Positions 1-8,570 of a stretch of 64,000 nt of DNA are shown piece after piece. The notes beneath the pieces are model-generated. The model saw only the letters and a program-made list of their open reading frames with translations. It was not told the origin of the DNA and did not search any database. Position 1 is the stretch's first letter; every line of letters begins with the position of its first letter. The stretch comes from a virus: IMG/VR virus record IMGVR_UViG_3300031994_000034; one strand, given 5' to 3'. Position numbers and translations under genes: made by a program.

Positions 1-6
1 ACTGTA

Positions 7-357
7 TTGGAACAAAGATTCATGGAGCGGGTGCCAAACCTGCTGGGCGACATCGCAGAGTCGCCGGAAACTATCGCCAAGGCCAAGCAGCCGAAACAGA
101 AAGTATGGGTGTTAACCTATGTCGGGCTGAGTGACAGCGACTATGAAGCCAACGGCTATAGTGAGTGCCATGTGTGCGGCACGTTGGAAGCAGCCAAGGA
201 GAAAATGCGTCAGCTGCGCGACGCGGAGATTGAGAACTGCAAGGTCGAAGGGCGCGACTATGAGATTCTGGAAGACGAGACAACGGAACTGCGCATGTCG
301 TGGTGCTGCCACGGCGAGCAGGTGCGACTGGAAATCCACGAAGAGGAAGTGAAATAA
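7..357 (+). CDS. hypothetical protein (frame open to window start; may begin upstream or at ATG 22)
   Basis: 116-codon ORF in the co-directional + block with no in-frame stop back to position 1. No recognisable motif. Confidence 0.5.
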   Translation: MEQRFMERVPNLLGDIAESPETIAKAKQPKQKVWVLTYVGLSDSDYEANGYSECHVCGTLEAAKEKMRQLRDAEIENCKVEGRDYEILEDETTELRMSWCCHGEQVRLEIHEEEVK

Positions 358-358
358 T

Positions 359-385
359 CTGTGCTATCTGTGCTATCTGTGTGAG
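359..385 (+). repeat. tandem 9-mer array CTGTGCTAT CTGTGCTAT CTGTGTGAG
   Basis: Read directly. The same array recurs at 7323, 14490 and, inverted, at 4082 and 57744. Confidence 0.9.
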
Positions 386-393
386 AAAATAAC

Positions 394-420
394 CACGGAT
401 GGCACGGATGTCACGGAAAA
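394..420 (+). repeat. tandem 9-mer array CACGGATGG CACGGATGT CACGGAAAA
   Basis: Read directly in the intergenic region. Confidence 0.85.
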
Positions 421-429
421 AGAAGTATC

Positions 430-509
430 TTTGACCTGCGGTCGAAGGTACTCACGCTCGGAAAAGCTCAAATAAATTTGGCTTTCCGCTCACTTAATCG
501 TACCTTTGC
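430..509 (+). ncRNA. structured intergenic element, copy A (paralog of 7245..7324)
   Basis: Gap-free 80-nt alignment with copy B. A nested outer stem (443-451/500-508) and a long inner hairpin (459-488) are both kept by compensatory changes. Confidence 0.45.
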
Positions 510-526
510 AAAAACAACTAACGAAT

Positions 527-691
527 ATGAGAGTGATTGTAACTATTAAGGCAGGCAACAAGGCTGCCGAGAGCTTCTGTCAGGAGTTAGAAATGACCTT
601 GCAGGAGTGCGAAAAATTGAAAGACATCGCCCGTAAGGTTAACCAGCGGGCAGGAGAAGAGTGCATAACCGCATACGTGCATCAGATTTGA
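527..691 (+). CDS. hypothetical protein (54 aa)
   Basis: ATG-start ORF inside the track ORF 506..691, whose upstream extension starts at TTG inside the structured element. Confidence 0.5.
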   Translation: MRVIVTIKAGNKAAESFCQELEMTLQECEKLKDIARKVNQRAGEECITAYVHQI

Positions 692-696
692 GAATT

Positions 697-882
697 ATGA
701 GTAAGACTATTAAATTTGAGATTGCACGCGATCATAGTATCGCTACTGCGTGCCCATACGGAATGAGGAACCCAAGAGTGAAGCACTGGCTGATTTTGGT
801 TGGTTCGCTTCCATGTGGTAACTGCCAATACTTCGGGCATGATAACTATCCCGAGCATTCTATCGAATGTAATCATCCCTAA
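697..882 (+). CDS. hypothetical Cys/His-containing small protein
   Basis: ATG at 697 within ORF 661..882. The translation carries a CPYG...CGNC...H...H pattern. Confidence 0.5.
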   Translation: MSKTIKFEIARDHSIATACPYGMRNPRVKHWLILVGSLPCGNCQYFGHDNYPEHSIECNHP

Positions 883-894
883 TAACATTATGTT

Positions 895-1254
895 ATGGAC
901 GAAACATTGAAATACTTTAAGATATCGGGCGGCGATATATCGGTCAATGTGGTGGTGGCCTGCAAGCCCGACGAGGTGGAGCTGCTGCACGAGAAGTATG
1001 CCGGCTATACGCTGGAGGAGACGGAATGCCCCGAGGGTGCTCAGATAGTCTGCGCCTCGCCGCACATCAATCCCGATCCATTCGTGATGCACAACCCGGC
1101 GGCGTACCTCGACGATGTGTATGCCAACGTGAAGAGCGCGAAATATGACGGTCCGAACTGCGGGCGCTGCCAGAACCGCTTCCGCTATTCGGAGTTCTGC
1201 ACCTGCCACTACAGGCAGGCTAAACCATGCTACCGCTTCAAGCTGGAGCGGTAA
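895..1254 (+). CDS. hypothetical Cys-rich protein
   Basis: 119-aa ORF with the motif CGRCQNRFRYSEFCTCH near the C-terminus, followed by a terminator hairpin. Confidence 0.6.
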   Translation: MDETLKYFKISGGDISVNVVVACKPDEVELLHEKYAGYTLEETECPEGAQIVCASPHINPDPFVMHNPAAYLDDVYANVKSAKYDGPNCGRCQNRFRYSEFCTCHYRQAKPCYRFKLER

Positions 1255-1344
1255 ACCTTACAGTCCTGCACGGCCACCGAGCCTACCACTTGACTGGATG
1301 CGGGGCGCAATCATGTTGTACATAACTTTTGAATTTTGAGTGAC

Positions 1345-1379
1345 GGGCTGCTGCGCTGTGAAGCGCGGCAGTCTTTTTT
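1345..1379 (+). terminator. rho-independent-type terminator
   Basis: Imperfect 11-bp GC stem (ggctgctgcgc / gcgcggcagtc) followed by a T6 run. Confidence 0.6.
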
Positions 1380-1399
1380 AAGAAGACTATCAACCATCG

Positions 1400-1444
1400 G
1401 AATACTCAGAATGCTCCGAGCAATCAGAGTAATCCGAATAACCA
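1400..1444 (+). repeat. 9-bp periodic array GAATACTCA GAATGCTCC GAGCAATCA GAGTAATCC GAATAACCA
   Basis: Read directly. It sits in the leader just upstream of ATG 1454. Member of the dispersed GAnnAnTCn family. Confidence 0.85.
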
Positions 1445-1453
1445 TAACAGCCT

Positions 1454-1840
1454 ATGACAACGAAAGAACTTATCCCGGCACCGATTGACAACAAGAACCT
1501 GATGGAAGACGCCTTCGAGGATGACGTGTTCCAAGACTTCTATGCAGCACCAGACCACCGCAAGCGCAATATGCGCCACCTCATTGGGATGCACCGCGAG
1601 TGGGGCGGCGAGTTCGGCTGTGCTATCGTAGATGCCAAGTGGCACCATGCCGACAATATCGTCTGCATCAATGTACTGGCCGCGCCCCCTGCGGAGGACT
1701 TCGACATGGTGCGCAAGGAGGTGTATGCCGCCGCCGCAGACACCTTCAAGAGCTGGCAGTGCGAGGATAACCCCGGACTGGTGGTGAAAACGGAGGTACG
1801 CGATGCGACGCTGATTGTGACATTCTATTTCGAGGTGTGA
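1454..1840 (+). CDS. hypothetical protein
   Basis: 128-aa ORF. Its stop overlaps the next start (ATGA at 1837). Confidence 0.65.
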   Translation: MTTKELIPAPIDNKNLMEDAFEDDVFQDFYAAPDHRKRNMRHLIGMHREWGGEFGCAIVDAKWHHADNIVCINVLAAPPAEDFDMVRKEVYAAAADTFKSWQCEDNPGLVVKTEVRDATLIVTFYFEV

Positions 1841-2031
1841 TGACAACGAGAGCTATCAACGCAGCACTGCTCGCCGGAAAGGTGGTGGTGCTCAGGGACG
1901 ACCCGCTGCTGTGTATCGTCCCCGACCTGTGGGGCGAGCTGGTGGTGGTGAGCCGAGGGCAGGAACCCTTCGACACCCGACCGGCTACTCCGAGCGACAA
2001 ACGAAAAGCGGTCATCCTAATCAATTCATAA
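1837..2031 (+). CDS. hypothetical protein
   Basis: 64-aa ORF coupled to the upstream gene through an ATGA overlap. Confidence 0.5.
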   Translation: MMTTRAINAALLAGKVVVLRDDPLLCIVPDLWGELVVVSRGQEPFDTRPATPSDKRKAVILINS

Positions 2032-2078
2032 TTCATAATTCATAATGCACAATTCATAATTCACAATTCATAATTTAC
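2023..2078 (+). repeat. tandem heptamer array (AATTCAT/AATTCAC/AATGCAC) x8
   Basis: Read directly. The last unit, AATTTAC, abuts TATG of the gene at 2080. Confidence 0.9.
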
Positions 2079-2079
2079 T

Positions 2080-3546
2080 ATGACAACAATGAACTACAAC
2101 ATCGTCAAGACTGCTGAGGGCAGCATGACGACGTACCGAGTGGTCGGTGCGGAACAGGCGGACAATCAGGCTATCTGTCAGGCTCTGACGGAGGCGGCCA
2201 AGGATGTGTGGCAGTACCTGACGGCAATGCCCGGTGCCTATACCGCCACCGAGATGAGAAAGACGGACCTTAGCCTGCGCAACGGATTGGAACTCCCCAT
2301 GGAGTTGCACACGCTGCGTGTGGAGTGCGGAAAGTTCAACCTCTGTGTGAAGCCCATCGACGACTATGGGAAGCCAAACTACAGCACTATCTTCCGTGTG
2401 CTGACCGAGTTTGAGAAGTTGGCTCGTGTGAAGCAGGGCGACCGCGCTGTGTTCACGGTGGGCAAGGAACTGGGTGCGCTGGTGTGCGAGGCTCGTGTGG
2501 TGTTGCCAAGCGACATGAAGGCCATCTGCGCCTGCTGCGGTGACGACCCCCTGTACCCTTCGATGAGCTATCCCGCCCTCGACCTCGACCGCCGTTGCAT
2601 CGTGGCTACGGACGCTGTGCTGATGGTGGCGAAGAAAGTCACCGTAGCCTCTATTCACTACGAGGACAAGGTACCCGAGACGTTCTACCTGCCCAAGGAG
2701 GTGGAGCGGATGCAGGGTGAAGTGACGGTCCGGCTGTATGAGCAGGGCTGCACGGTCACGGACCAGAAGGGCACGGAGGTGAGCGTGGAGCATGAGAGGC
2801 CTTATCCCAAGTGGCACACGGTATGGCCGCCGTTGCGCGGTGGCATGACCCTCGTGGACAGCAAGGCATGGACAAAGGTGGTGAAGAGTGCCATGAACGG
2901 GATGCCGCAGAATAGCAAGTTGAAGGACGAGTCGCTGTTGCTGACCCACTATCCCGCATCGGCCAACCTCACGCTGAGGGGCTATGATGGTGCAGAGATG
3001 GTGAACGAACAGTGTATCACGGACTGCGTGGCGACCGACGAGGTACCCTACCGCATAGGAGTGTACGCACCGCGACTGCTGAAAGCCCTGGCCTTGCAGC
3101 CCAAGACGATGTGGATGGGATATTCGGAGTATGACACGCGGCCTACCCGCCTGGTGATGGAGAACGCAGAGGCGGAGATGGTGGTGGAACTCTATCGGTA
3201 TGACGTGGACGACCTGCGCGATGCGCTGATGCCGACGGATGAGGAGTATGTGGTGAGCGACACCCGCCGCCTCTATCACTGCTACGACAAGGACGGCTGG
3301 CTGCTGGAGCGGGTGGAAACGAAATATCCCACCTGTGGAGAGCTGAAGACTCAGAGTAATCTGAGTACTCCGACTACTCAGAGGACTCTGAGGGCTCGGA
3401 GAACTCCGACTACTCAGAGTACTCCGACTACTCCGATTACTCAGAGTACTCCGACTATTCGGACTACTCCGACTACTCAGACCACCGCACCACTATCTCT
3501 CGCTGACCGACTGCGCGAGGCCCTGCGGGCACGACTGGCAGCGTGA
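2080..3546 (+). CDS. hypothetical protein; weak sliding-clamp-like resemblance; C-terminal tail built from a 9-bp repeat
   Basis: 488-aa ORF. The segments 'CIVATDAVLMVAKK' and 'RPYPKWHTVWP' loosely recall DnaN-type motifs (low confidence). The C-terminal S/T/P/Q tail is encoded by the array at 3345-3483. Confidence 0.7.
   Translation: MTTMNYNIVKTAEGSMTTYRVVGAEQADNQAICQALTEAAKDVWQYLTAMPGAYTATEMRKTDLSLRNGLELPMELHTLRVECGKFNLCVKPIDDYGKPNYSTIFRVLTEFEKLARVKQGDRAVFTVGKELGALVCEARVVLPSDMKAICACCGDDPLYPSMSYPALDLDRRCIVATDAVLMVAKKVTVASIHYEDKVPETFYLPKEVERMQGEVTVRLYEQGCTVTDQKGTEVSVEHERPYPKWHTVWPPLRGGMTLVDSKAWTKVVKSAMNGMPQNSKLKDESLLLTHYPASANLTLRGYDGAEMVNEQCITDCVATDEVPYRIGVYAPRLLKALALQPKTMWMGYSEYDTRPTRLVMENAEAEMVVELYRYDVDDLRDALMPTDEEYVVSDTRRLYHCYDKDGWLLERVETKYPTCGELKTQSNLSTPTTQRTLRARRTPTTQSTPTTPITQSTPTIRTTPTTQTTAPLSLADRLREALRARLAA
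3345..3483 (+). repeat. 9-bp periodic array, about 15 units (GAGTACTCC GACTACTCA ...), in-frame inside a CDS
   Basis: Read directly. It translates as TPTTQS-type repeats. Confidence 0.9.
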
Positions 3547-3548
3547 GC

Positions 3549-3618
3549 AATTCATAATGCACAATTCACAATGCACAATTCATAATTCACAATTCATAAT
3601 TCATAATTCATAATTGAC
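3549..3618 (+). repeat. tandem heptamer array AATTCAY x10
   Basis: Read directly. The last unit, AATTGAC, abuts TATG of the gene at 3620. Confidence 0.9.
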
Positions 3619-3619
3619 T

Positions 3620-4081
3620 ATGGCAGACAACAGTTATGCAGTAACGAACCTGCGCACTATCAAAGAAAACATCATGGCCTACGCAAGCCATGCAGAAGGG
3701 TATCAGTATTCACCGCTCTATGAGAAGATAGAGGCGGCACAGATAGCCGTACAGCAGCTTATCGACGCTATTAGCGGCGAACCTGCCGACACGACACCTG
3801 CGGACGACCCGGCGCAGGATGTCTATGCCGAGTACAGCGCGGACATGCGCAAGGCGGTGGCTTATGTCAACGAACAACTGGAGTCGGAGGACAAGGCCAT
3901 TATTTGTGCCAAGGTGGATAAAAACTTCCGGCAACACATGAACCCCTCCTACAACATTGATGACGACAAGATCATCGACCTGCTGGAAGAATACGGTGCG
4001 GACCACGACCTCCCGGAAGGGTGGTGGGAAGAGGAGGCAGACATCGACGACATCGTGCTGCTGATTAACTTCGAGATGTAG
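3620..4081 (+). CDS. hypothetical acidic protein
   Basis: ATG at 3620 within the track ORF 3614..4081. Confidence 0.65.
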   Translation: MADNSYAVTNLRTIKENIMAYASHAEGYQYSPLYEKIEAAQIAVQQLIDAISGEPADTTPADDPAQDVYAEYSADMRKAVAYVNEQLESEDKAIICAKVDKNFRQHMNPSYNIDDDKIIDLLEEYGADHDLPEGWWEEEADIDDIVLLINFEM

Positions 4082-4108
4082 GTCACACAGATAGCACAGA
4101 TAACACGG
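4082..4108 (-). repeat. CTGTGnTAT 9-mer array (inverted orientation), 3 units
   Basis: The reverse complement reads CCGTGTTAT CTGTGCTAT CTGTGTGAC. Confidence 0.85.
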
Positions 4109-4167
4109 AAAGACAATTCATAATTCTTGCGCCGCTACGCTCTGCAAGCGAACAAGTTCGAGCGCAT

Positions 4168-4188
4168 AATTCATAATTCACAATTTAT
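4168..4188 (+). repeat. heptamer array AATTCAT AATTCAC AATTTAT
   Basis: Read directly. It abuts ATG 4189. Two more units lie at 4116-4129. Confidence 0.8.
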
Positions 4189-4590
4189 ATGGAAAAGATG
4201 ACTAAACAACAGGCTATTCAATACATCACGGACCTGATGGCGACCATTCAGGCAGCGTACTTCAAAGGACGAATGGAGGGGCATACGCTGTGGGTGCATG
4301 AGAGAATGGACGACAGTGCGGCTATCAGCATTGACCTCTACAACTTCGGAGGTGACGGCAAGCCGGTGTGCGAAGGTCTGCTGCCTTGCACCGTCACCTA
4401 CGACGACAGCTCGCAGGGTAAAGGTTGGCTCTACTGCATGTGCTACAATCCCGACGATGTGACGCCCCTGACATTCATCTTTGACAGCGATGCCTTCGGC
4501 GACATCAACCTCGACCCGGAGGATGTACACGAAGATGTGCTGCAGAACATCGCCACATGGCTGGAACAGGCTATGCGGCCTATCAACTAA
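4189..4590 (+). CDS. hypothetical protein
   Basis: 133-aa ORF. Confidence 0.65.
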   Translation: MEKMTKQQAIQYITDLMATIQAAYFKGRMEGHTLWVHERMDDSAAISIDLYNFGGDGKPVCEGLLPCTVTYDDSSQGKGWLYCMCYNPDDVTPLTFIFDSDAFGDINLDPEDVHEDVLQNIATWLEQAMRPIN

Positions 4591-4629
4591 ACCACGAATT
4601 TTTCACTATTCACTTTTAACTTTTCATTT

Positions 4630-4887
4630 ATGTTAAACATTGTTATCACAGGCTGTTTTAACAAATCAGCCATCGACGGCTATGGCCGTCAGGCCGTGCG
4701 CTCTATGATAGCGCACTGCGGACACAAGGTTTGCTCTGAGTTGAGCAGCAAGACCGACTATCTGTGCATTGGCACCGCCAACGTGCCGGGCAGGGGAGTG
4801 GGACCGGCCAAGATGCAGAAAGCGAAGGCCCTCGGCATCCCCGTCATCACGCTGGACCAGTTGCAGGCACTGCTCGACGTCGCGTAA
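4630..4887 (+). CDS. stand-alone BRCT-domain protein
   Basis: The pattern 'IVITG...SSKTDYLCIG...G.AKMQKAKALGIPVITLDQLQALL' matches the C-terminal BRCT module of NAD-dependent ligases. Confidence 0.65.
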   Translation: MLNIVITGCFNKSAIDGYGRQAVRSMIAHCGHKVCSELSSKTDYLCIGTANVPGRGVGPAKMQKAKALGIPVITLDQLQALLDVA

Positions 4888-4913
4888 ACTTTAACAATTA
4901 AAACCCGATTACT

Positions 4914-5087
4914 ATGAAGTACAACGTAAGTATCACGAGAATTGGCTATGCCCACACGAACTTCGAGGTGGAAGCCGATAGCGAATTGGAAGCGTGGGAG
5001 AAGGCTACGGATATGGCCGGCGATTGCGACTTCTCGGAGTGCGATGCCGACTATGAATGCGATGGCATTACACCGATGGCAAAGTAG
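4914..5087 (+). CDS. hypothetical small acidic protein (57 aa)
   Basis: ATG ORF below the track length cutoff. It fills the gap and fits the gene spacing better than the N-terminal extension of track ORF 4942..5472. Confidence 0.4.
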   Translation: MKYNVSITRIGYAHTNFEVEADSELEAWEKATDMAGDCDFSECDADYECDGITPMAK

Positions 5088-5160
5088 GGTGGGGGGATTG
5101 CTCCGCCCAGAAATCAAACAAATCTATTCAAATCTAACAAAAACTCAAAAAACGGAAACG

Positions 5161-5472
5161 ATGGAAGCAATCATTCCCCTGCAAGAACTTATTGCTGATT
5201 TGTGTCAGCAACACATCAATGCACAGAAGGAGTGTCCTTGCACCTGGCACAACCAGGAAACAGGTGAGGATATCACGACTTTCCGTGGTAAGACCTATAG
5301 AAACCTTACGTTTCAGCAAGTCTGTGATTTGAAGACGTGCAGAGAATTTGGTATTTACCACAATCTTTGTCAGGCTCTGGATTATCAGGACTGGCTCATC
5401 GGTCATCCCGCCGACCGGAATGCTGAGTATTACCTGCGAGAAATGAGAAAGAACTTGAACTTGCGAAATTAA
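5161..5472 (+). CDS. hypothetical protein
   Basis: Internal ATG (MEAIIPLQ...) of track ORF 4942..5472. The upstream part is Arg/Trp-rich and overlaps ORF 4914..5087. Confidence 0.55.
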   Translation: MEAIIPLQELIADLCQQHINAQKECPCTWHNQETGEDITTFRGKTYRNLTFQQVCDLKTCREFGIYHNLCQALDYQDWLIGHPADRNAEYYLREMRKNLNLRN

Positions 5473-5486
5473 AACTCAAAATCACT

Positions 5487-7211
5487 ATGAACTTATTTAC
5501 GAATAACCCCGATTTCTATCCTACGCCCAAGGAGGTTATCGGGCAGATGATGATGGGCGAAGAAGTGACTGGCAAAATCATTCTGGAACCGAGTGCCGGC
5601 AGCGGAAACATCGTTGACTGGCTGAAGGAGAATGGCGCAGCGGAGGTGATTGCCTGCGAGAACGACCCGCATTGCAGGAAGCTATTGGCTGACAAGTGTC
5701 GGTTGGTGGCAGACGACTTCCTGACGGTGACGAGCGAGCAGGTGAGTCACGTGGATATGATTGTGATGAACCCGCCCTTCTCGAAGGGCGTCGAGCACAT
5801 CCTTCACGCTTTCGAGATTGCGCCTCCGGGATGTACGGTGATTGCGCTTTGCAACGCTGACAGTGTGAGTGAACATCACAGCTACAGCCGCAACCAAATC
5901 CTGTACGAGAACATCCAGCTCTATGGCTACACGGAGTGTCTGGGCAAGGTGTTTGAGACCGCCGAGCGCAAGACGAGCGTGGTGGTGTCGCTGGTGAAGC
6001 TCTATAAGGAGGGCACGGGCGAAGAGGAATGGCAAGACTATATTTTCAGCCAGCAGGACGAGGACGCACTGAACATGAACGAGACAGAGGGACTGGTGCA
6101 GTACAATGTGGTGCGCGAAATGGTGAACCGCTACATGAGTGCCGTGAAGATGTTCGACGAGGTGATGGAGATGACACAGCGCATCAACGAGACGGCACGT
6201 GCTACGGATGGAAAGTATGATGCACCACCTATTGAGTTTCGTGCCGTAGAGTCTCGCGATGGTCGTGCCACTACCGTCACTCGTGAGGAGTACAAGAAGC
6301 AGCTGAAGAAATACTATTGGCGCACTATCTTCCGGATGCTGAAGATGGGGAAGTACGAGACACAATCGCTGCGTGAGCAGATGAACCGCTTTGTGGAGAA
6401 ACAGGTGAACGTGCCTTTCACGATGGGTAACATCTACAGGGTGCTCGACATGATTGTGCAGACGCACGGCCAGCGTATGCACAAGGCACTGGTGGAAGCC
6501 TTCGAGAATATCTGTTCTTTCAGTGCTGAGAACTCCACGGCTGGCGAGAAGTGGAAGACGAATGCGAACTACATGGTTAACCGCAAGTTCATCATCCCCT
6601 ATATGTGCGACGGCTACGACTGGGAATATTCTGGGGAAGCCTGGAGTATGGCCCGCAAGAGGGTAGGGCGCGAGTATGTGGAAGTCAGCGGTTCCAGTGT
6701 AGAGGAGATGTACGATGTCTGCAAGGCGCTGTGCTACATGACTGGGCGCGACTACAACGAGATTCCTTCACTGCCTGGTGGGTATGGTGGCCGGCGTGTC
6801 GCATGGAACACTTGGTTTATCTGGGGCTTCTTTCGCTGCAAGGCGTTCAAGAAGGGCACTATGCACTTCGAGTTCCTGGACGAGGACGTGTGGTATAAGT
6901 TCAATGCCGAAGTTGCCAAGACAAAGGGCTGGACACTGCCCAAGAAGAGCGACGGTTGGCAGCAGTCTCCGTCGAAACTCATTCCCCGCATCGACAAGGG
7001 CGACCTATTCCGCTGCAAGAAGGATGTGAAATACAGTGATGGAACAATGGCGTACCGCAAGGATATGGTGTACCGCTCCGAACGGGAACATGGTTATTCC
7101 TTGGGTTTCATTACCAACGAGAGCGGAAACGCAAACCACGCATGGCCTATCTATCAGGACAAAGGCAAAGGTGTGGACGACTGGCGCGACTGGTTCGAGA
7201 AAGTAGCATGA
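5487..7211 (+). CDS. N6-adenine DNA methyltransferase with a long C-terminal domain
   Basis: SAM-binding motif 'ILEPSAGSGNI' and catalytic motif 'VMNPPFS' in the N-terminal 120 aa. Confidence 0.8.
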   Translation: MNLFTNNPDFYPTPKEVIGQMMMGEEVTGKIILEPSAGSGNIVDWLKENGAAEVIACENDPHCRKLLADKCRLVADDFLTVTSEQVSHVDMIVMNPPFSKGVEHILHAFEIAPPGCTVIALCNADSVSEHHSYSRNQILYENIQLYGYTECLGKVFETAERKTSVVVSLVKLYKEGTGEEEWQDYIFSQQDEDALNMNETEGLVQYNVVREMVNRYMSAVKMFDEVMEMTQRINETARATDGKYDAPPIEFRAVESRDGRATTVTREEYKKQLKKYYWRTIFRMLKMGKYETQSLREQMNRFVEKQVNVPFTMGNIYRVLDMIVQTHGQRMHKALVEAFENICSFSAENSTAGEKWKTNANYMVNRKFIIPYMCDGYDWEYSGEAWSMARKRVGREYVEVSGSSVEEMYDVCKALCYMTGRDYNEIPSLPGGYGGRRVAWNTWFIWGFFRCKAFKKGTMHFEFLDEDVWYKFNAEVAKTKGWTLPKKSDGWQQSPSKLIPRIDKGDLFRCKKDVKYSDGTMAYRKDMVYRSEREHGYSLGFITNESGNANHAWPIYQDKGKGVDDWRDWFEKVA

Positions 7212-7244
7212 TAACCTGTGAGATTTGAATCAGATTTTGTATAA

Positions 7245-7324
7245 TTTGACCTACGGTCGAAGTTCCTTACGCTCGGCAAAGCTCATGCAAGCATGGCTGT
7301 GCGCTTGCTTAATCGGAACTTTCT
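7245..7324 (+). ncRNA. structured intergenic element, copy B
   Basis: Paralog of 430..509 with the same length. Five base pairs differ by double compensatory changes. Confidence 0.45.
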
Positions 7325-7349
7325 GTGCTATCTGTGCTATCTGTGTGAC
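7323..7349 (+). repeat. 9-mer array CTGTGCTAT CTGTGCTAT CTGTGTGAC
   Basis: Read directly. Confidence 0.9.
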
Positions 7350-7368
7350 ATTAAAAACAAGAAAGAAT

Positions 7369-7746
7369 ATGACGAAGTATATTATCAGCTGCAACATTGA
7401 CAAGGATGGTTGGGGTAAATATGTTCCTGGCCAGAAATGCCGTAATGTGTCGCTACACGAACTGACTGCCTACTACTATTGGCCTGACGTAGTGAGAATG
7501 TTTTTCCTCGAAATGTGCGATCATGGGCTGCCCGACTCTATCACCTTCAAGAAGGATGGTGTAAAGATAACGGCCAAGATGACATGGAAGGCAGGGAAAG
7601 AGTGGATAGAATTCCGACCCGTGAGTGAAGAATATGCCAAGCAGGAAGGCTACATCGAAATGCGCGACATAGACTGGATTGAACATCTACGCACCGACCT
7701 GAAGAACAATACCCGTACTTTGTTGAATGGACAGCCTACAAAGTAG
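7369..7746 (+). CDS. hypothetical protein
   Basis: ATG (MTKYIISC...) within track ORF 7225..7746. The upstream part of that ORF runs through the structured element and the repeat array. Confidence 0.6.
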   Translation: MTKYIISCNIDKDGWGKYVPGQKCRNVSLHELTAYYYWPDVVRMFFLEMCDHGLPDSITFKKDGVKITAKMTWKAGKEWIEFRPVSEEYAKQEGYIEMRDIDWIEHLRTDLKNNTRTLLNGQPTK

Positions 7747-7747
7747 T

Positions 7748-7909
7748 ATGACTGGCATCTATGGCCTCACCTTGCGGGCCTCGGACGGACGGGAACGACG
7801 CACGTTGGCGTGGCTCCCCACCGAGGCTATCCGGCAGGACTTCTACGAGAAAGCCCGACGCAACGGGATAAGTATAGTTATCAATTCACAATTCACAATT
7901 CACAATTAA
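7748..7909 (+). CDS. hypothetical protein
   Basis: ATG two nt after the preceding stop. The 3' end runs into a heptamer array. Confidence 0.45.
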   Translation: MTGIYGLTLRASDGRERRTLAWLPTEAIRQDFYEKARRNGISIVINSQFTIHN

Positions 7910-7917
7910 CAATTAAA
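7883..7917 (+). repeat. heptamer array AATTCAC x3, AATTAAC, AATTAAA
   Basis: Read directly. Confidence 0.85.
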
Positions 7918-7922
7918 AGACT

Positions 7923-7982
7923 GTGATAGAGAACTGGTTTATAGCAAATTTGTTGTTACTTTGTTGGTTGAAAGGAAAGTAA
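7923..7982 (+). CDS. 19-codon hydrophobic micro-ORF, copy 1 (GTG start): VIENWFIANLLLLCWLKGK
   Basis: Paralog of 8217..8276 and 10999..11058 with the same length and the same C-terminal LCWLKGK. An in-frame stop lies 2 codons upstream, so GTG is the only available start. Confidence 0.45.
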   Translation: MIENWFIANLLLLCWLKGK

Positions 7983-8010
7983 TCGCCTGCGGCGAAGCGA
8001 AAAGTGAACA

Positions 8011-8220
8011 ATGAAAAGTAAAATCTACACCATCGACGTACAAGTGGACGGCGAATGGAAGGAATGGAACGGCATAGACTATGCCGAATCCGTGCCAGAG
8101 GAAAAGGCGGAGATGTGCAAACAGTTGCGCCTGCTGAAGCGCAACGGCTACAAGGCACGTCGCCGCTATGTGAGAGAGACAATCATGGAGTTTTTAACCG
8201 TTAAAAGAAATAGCCTATGA
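8011..8220 (+). CDS. hypothetical protein
   Basis: 69-aa ORF. Its stop overlaps the start of micro-ORF copy 2 (ATGA). Confidence 0.6.
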   Translation: MKSKIYTIDVQVDGEWKEWNGIDYAESVPEEKAEMCKQLRLLKRNGYKARRRYVRETIMEFLTVKRNSL

Positions 8221-8276
8221 TAGAAAACTGGATTATCGCAATTTTGCTCATCCTTTGTTGGTTAAAAGGCAAATAA
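8217..8276 (+). CDS. 19-codon hydrophobic micro-ORF, copy 2: MIENWIIAILLILCWLKGK
   Basis: ATG overlaps the upstream stop. Against copy 3, 12 codons differ: 10 synonymous and 2 conservative. Confidence 0.55.
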   Translation: MIENWIIAILLILCWLKGK

Positions 8277-8291
8277 AAACGAGAAACGACT

Positions 8292-8570
8292 ATGGGGTTT
8301 GTATATGCAGTGATTAAGGGGGAGCAGGCGCTGAAGGCGTACTGCTCCCGCCGCTGGAAAGGCCAGCGCATACAGTGGACGGGCGTGTTCGGACATATCG
8401 ACGAATGCACCGTGGAGACTATCTGGGCCTTTGAGCCTGACGGCCAGTGTGCCCAATACTTCATCCTCTACCTGCCGCACCCCAAGGGCGAGCACAACGA
8501 CCAGAACGCCGTGCGCCACCAGGTGTATGAGGAAATCAGACAAGGAACCATCAAACTGTTGAACGTATGA
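8292..8570 (+). CDS. hypothetical protein
   Basis: 92-aa ORF with an ATGA overlap to the next gene. Confidence 0.6.
   Translation: MGFVYAVIKGEQALKAYCSRRWKGQRIQWTGVFGHIDECTVETIWAFEPDGQCAQYFILYLPHPKGEHNDQNAVRHQVYEEIRQGTIKLLNV

Noticed and set aside
2068-3279. Long antisense ORFs opposite well-supported genes. Examples: 2068..3279 (-), 9981..10958 (-), 15335..16780 (-), 42219..43256 (-), 45007..46077 (-), 53306..54334 (+), 54406..55245 (+), 59452..61050 (+), 62656..63372 (+).
   Set aside because: They mirror genes with clear motifs (primase, RT, capsid, protease, tape-measure-like). They are Arg/His/Leu/Val-rich, as expected for the reverse frame of GC-rich codons, and lack sensible start contexts. 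They are treated as shadow ORFs.
2023-3618. Tandem repeat arrays considered as CRISPR arrays.
   Set aside because: The units are 7 or 9 bp, directly abutting, with no unique spacers and no cas genes. They are not CRISPR.
4120-4166. Possible third, shorter copy of the structured element (ctacgctctgcaagcgaacaagttcgagcgc).
   Set aside because: It shares only ACGCTC and an xxxx-aa-xxxx mini-hairpin with copies A and B. The alignment needs large gaps and the outer stem is missing, so this is not enough to call homology.
4942-5472. N-terminal extensions of track ORFs (4942, 7225, 11116, 14552, 15053, 18456, 19293, 35373/36582 on the - strand, 40236, 50041, 51040).
   Set aside because: The extensions run through repeat arrays, hairpins, promoter-like motifs or the preceding gene, and have Arg/Ser/Cys-rich junk composition. 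Internal ATG or GTG starts give compact gene spacing.
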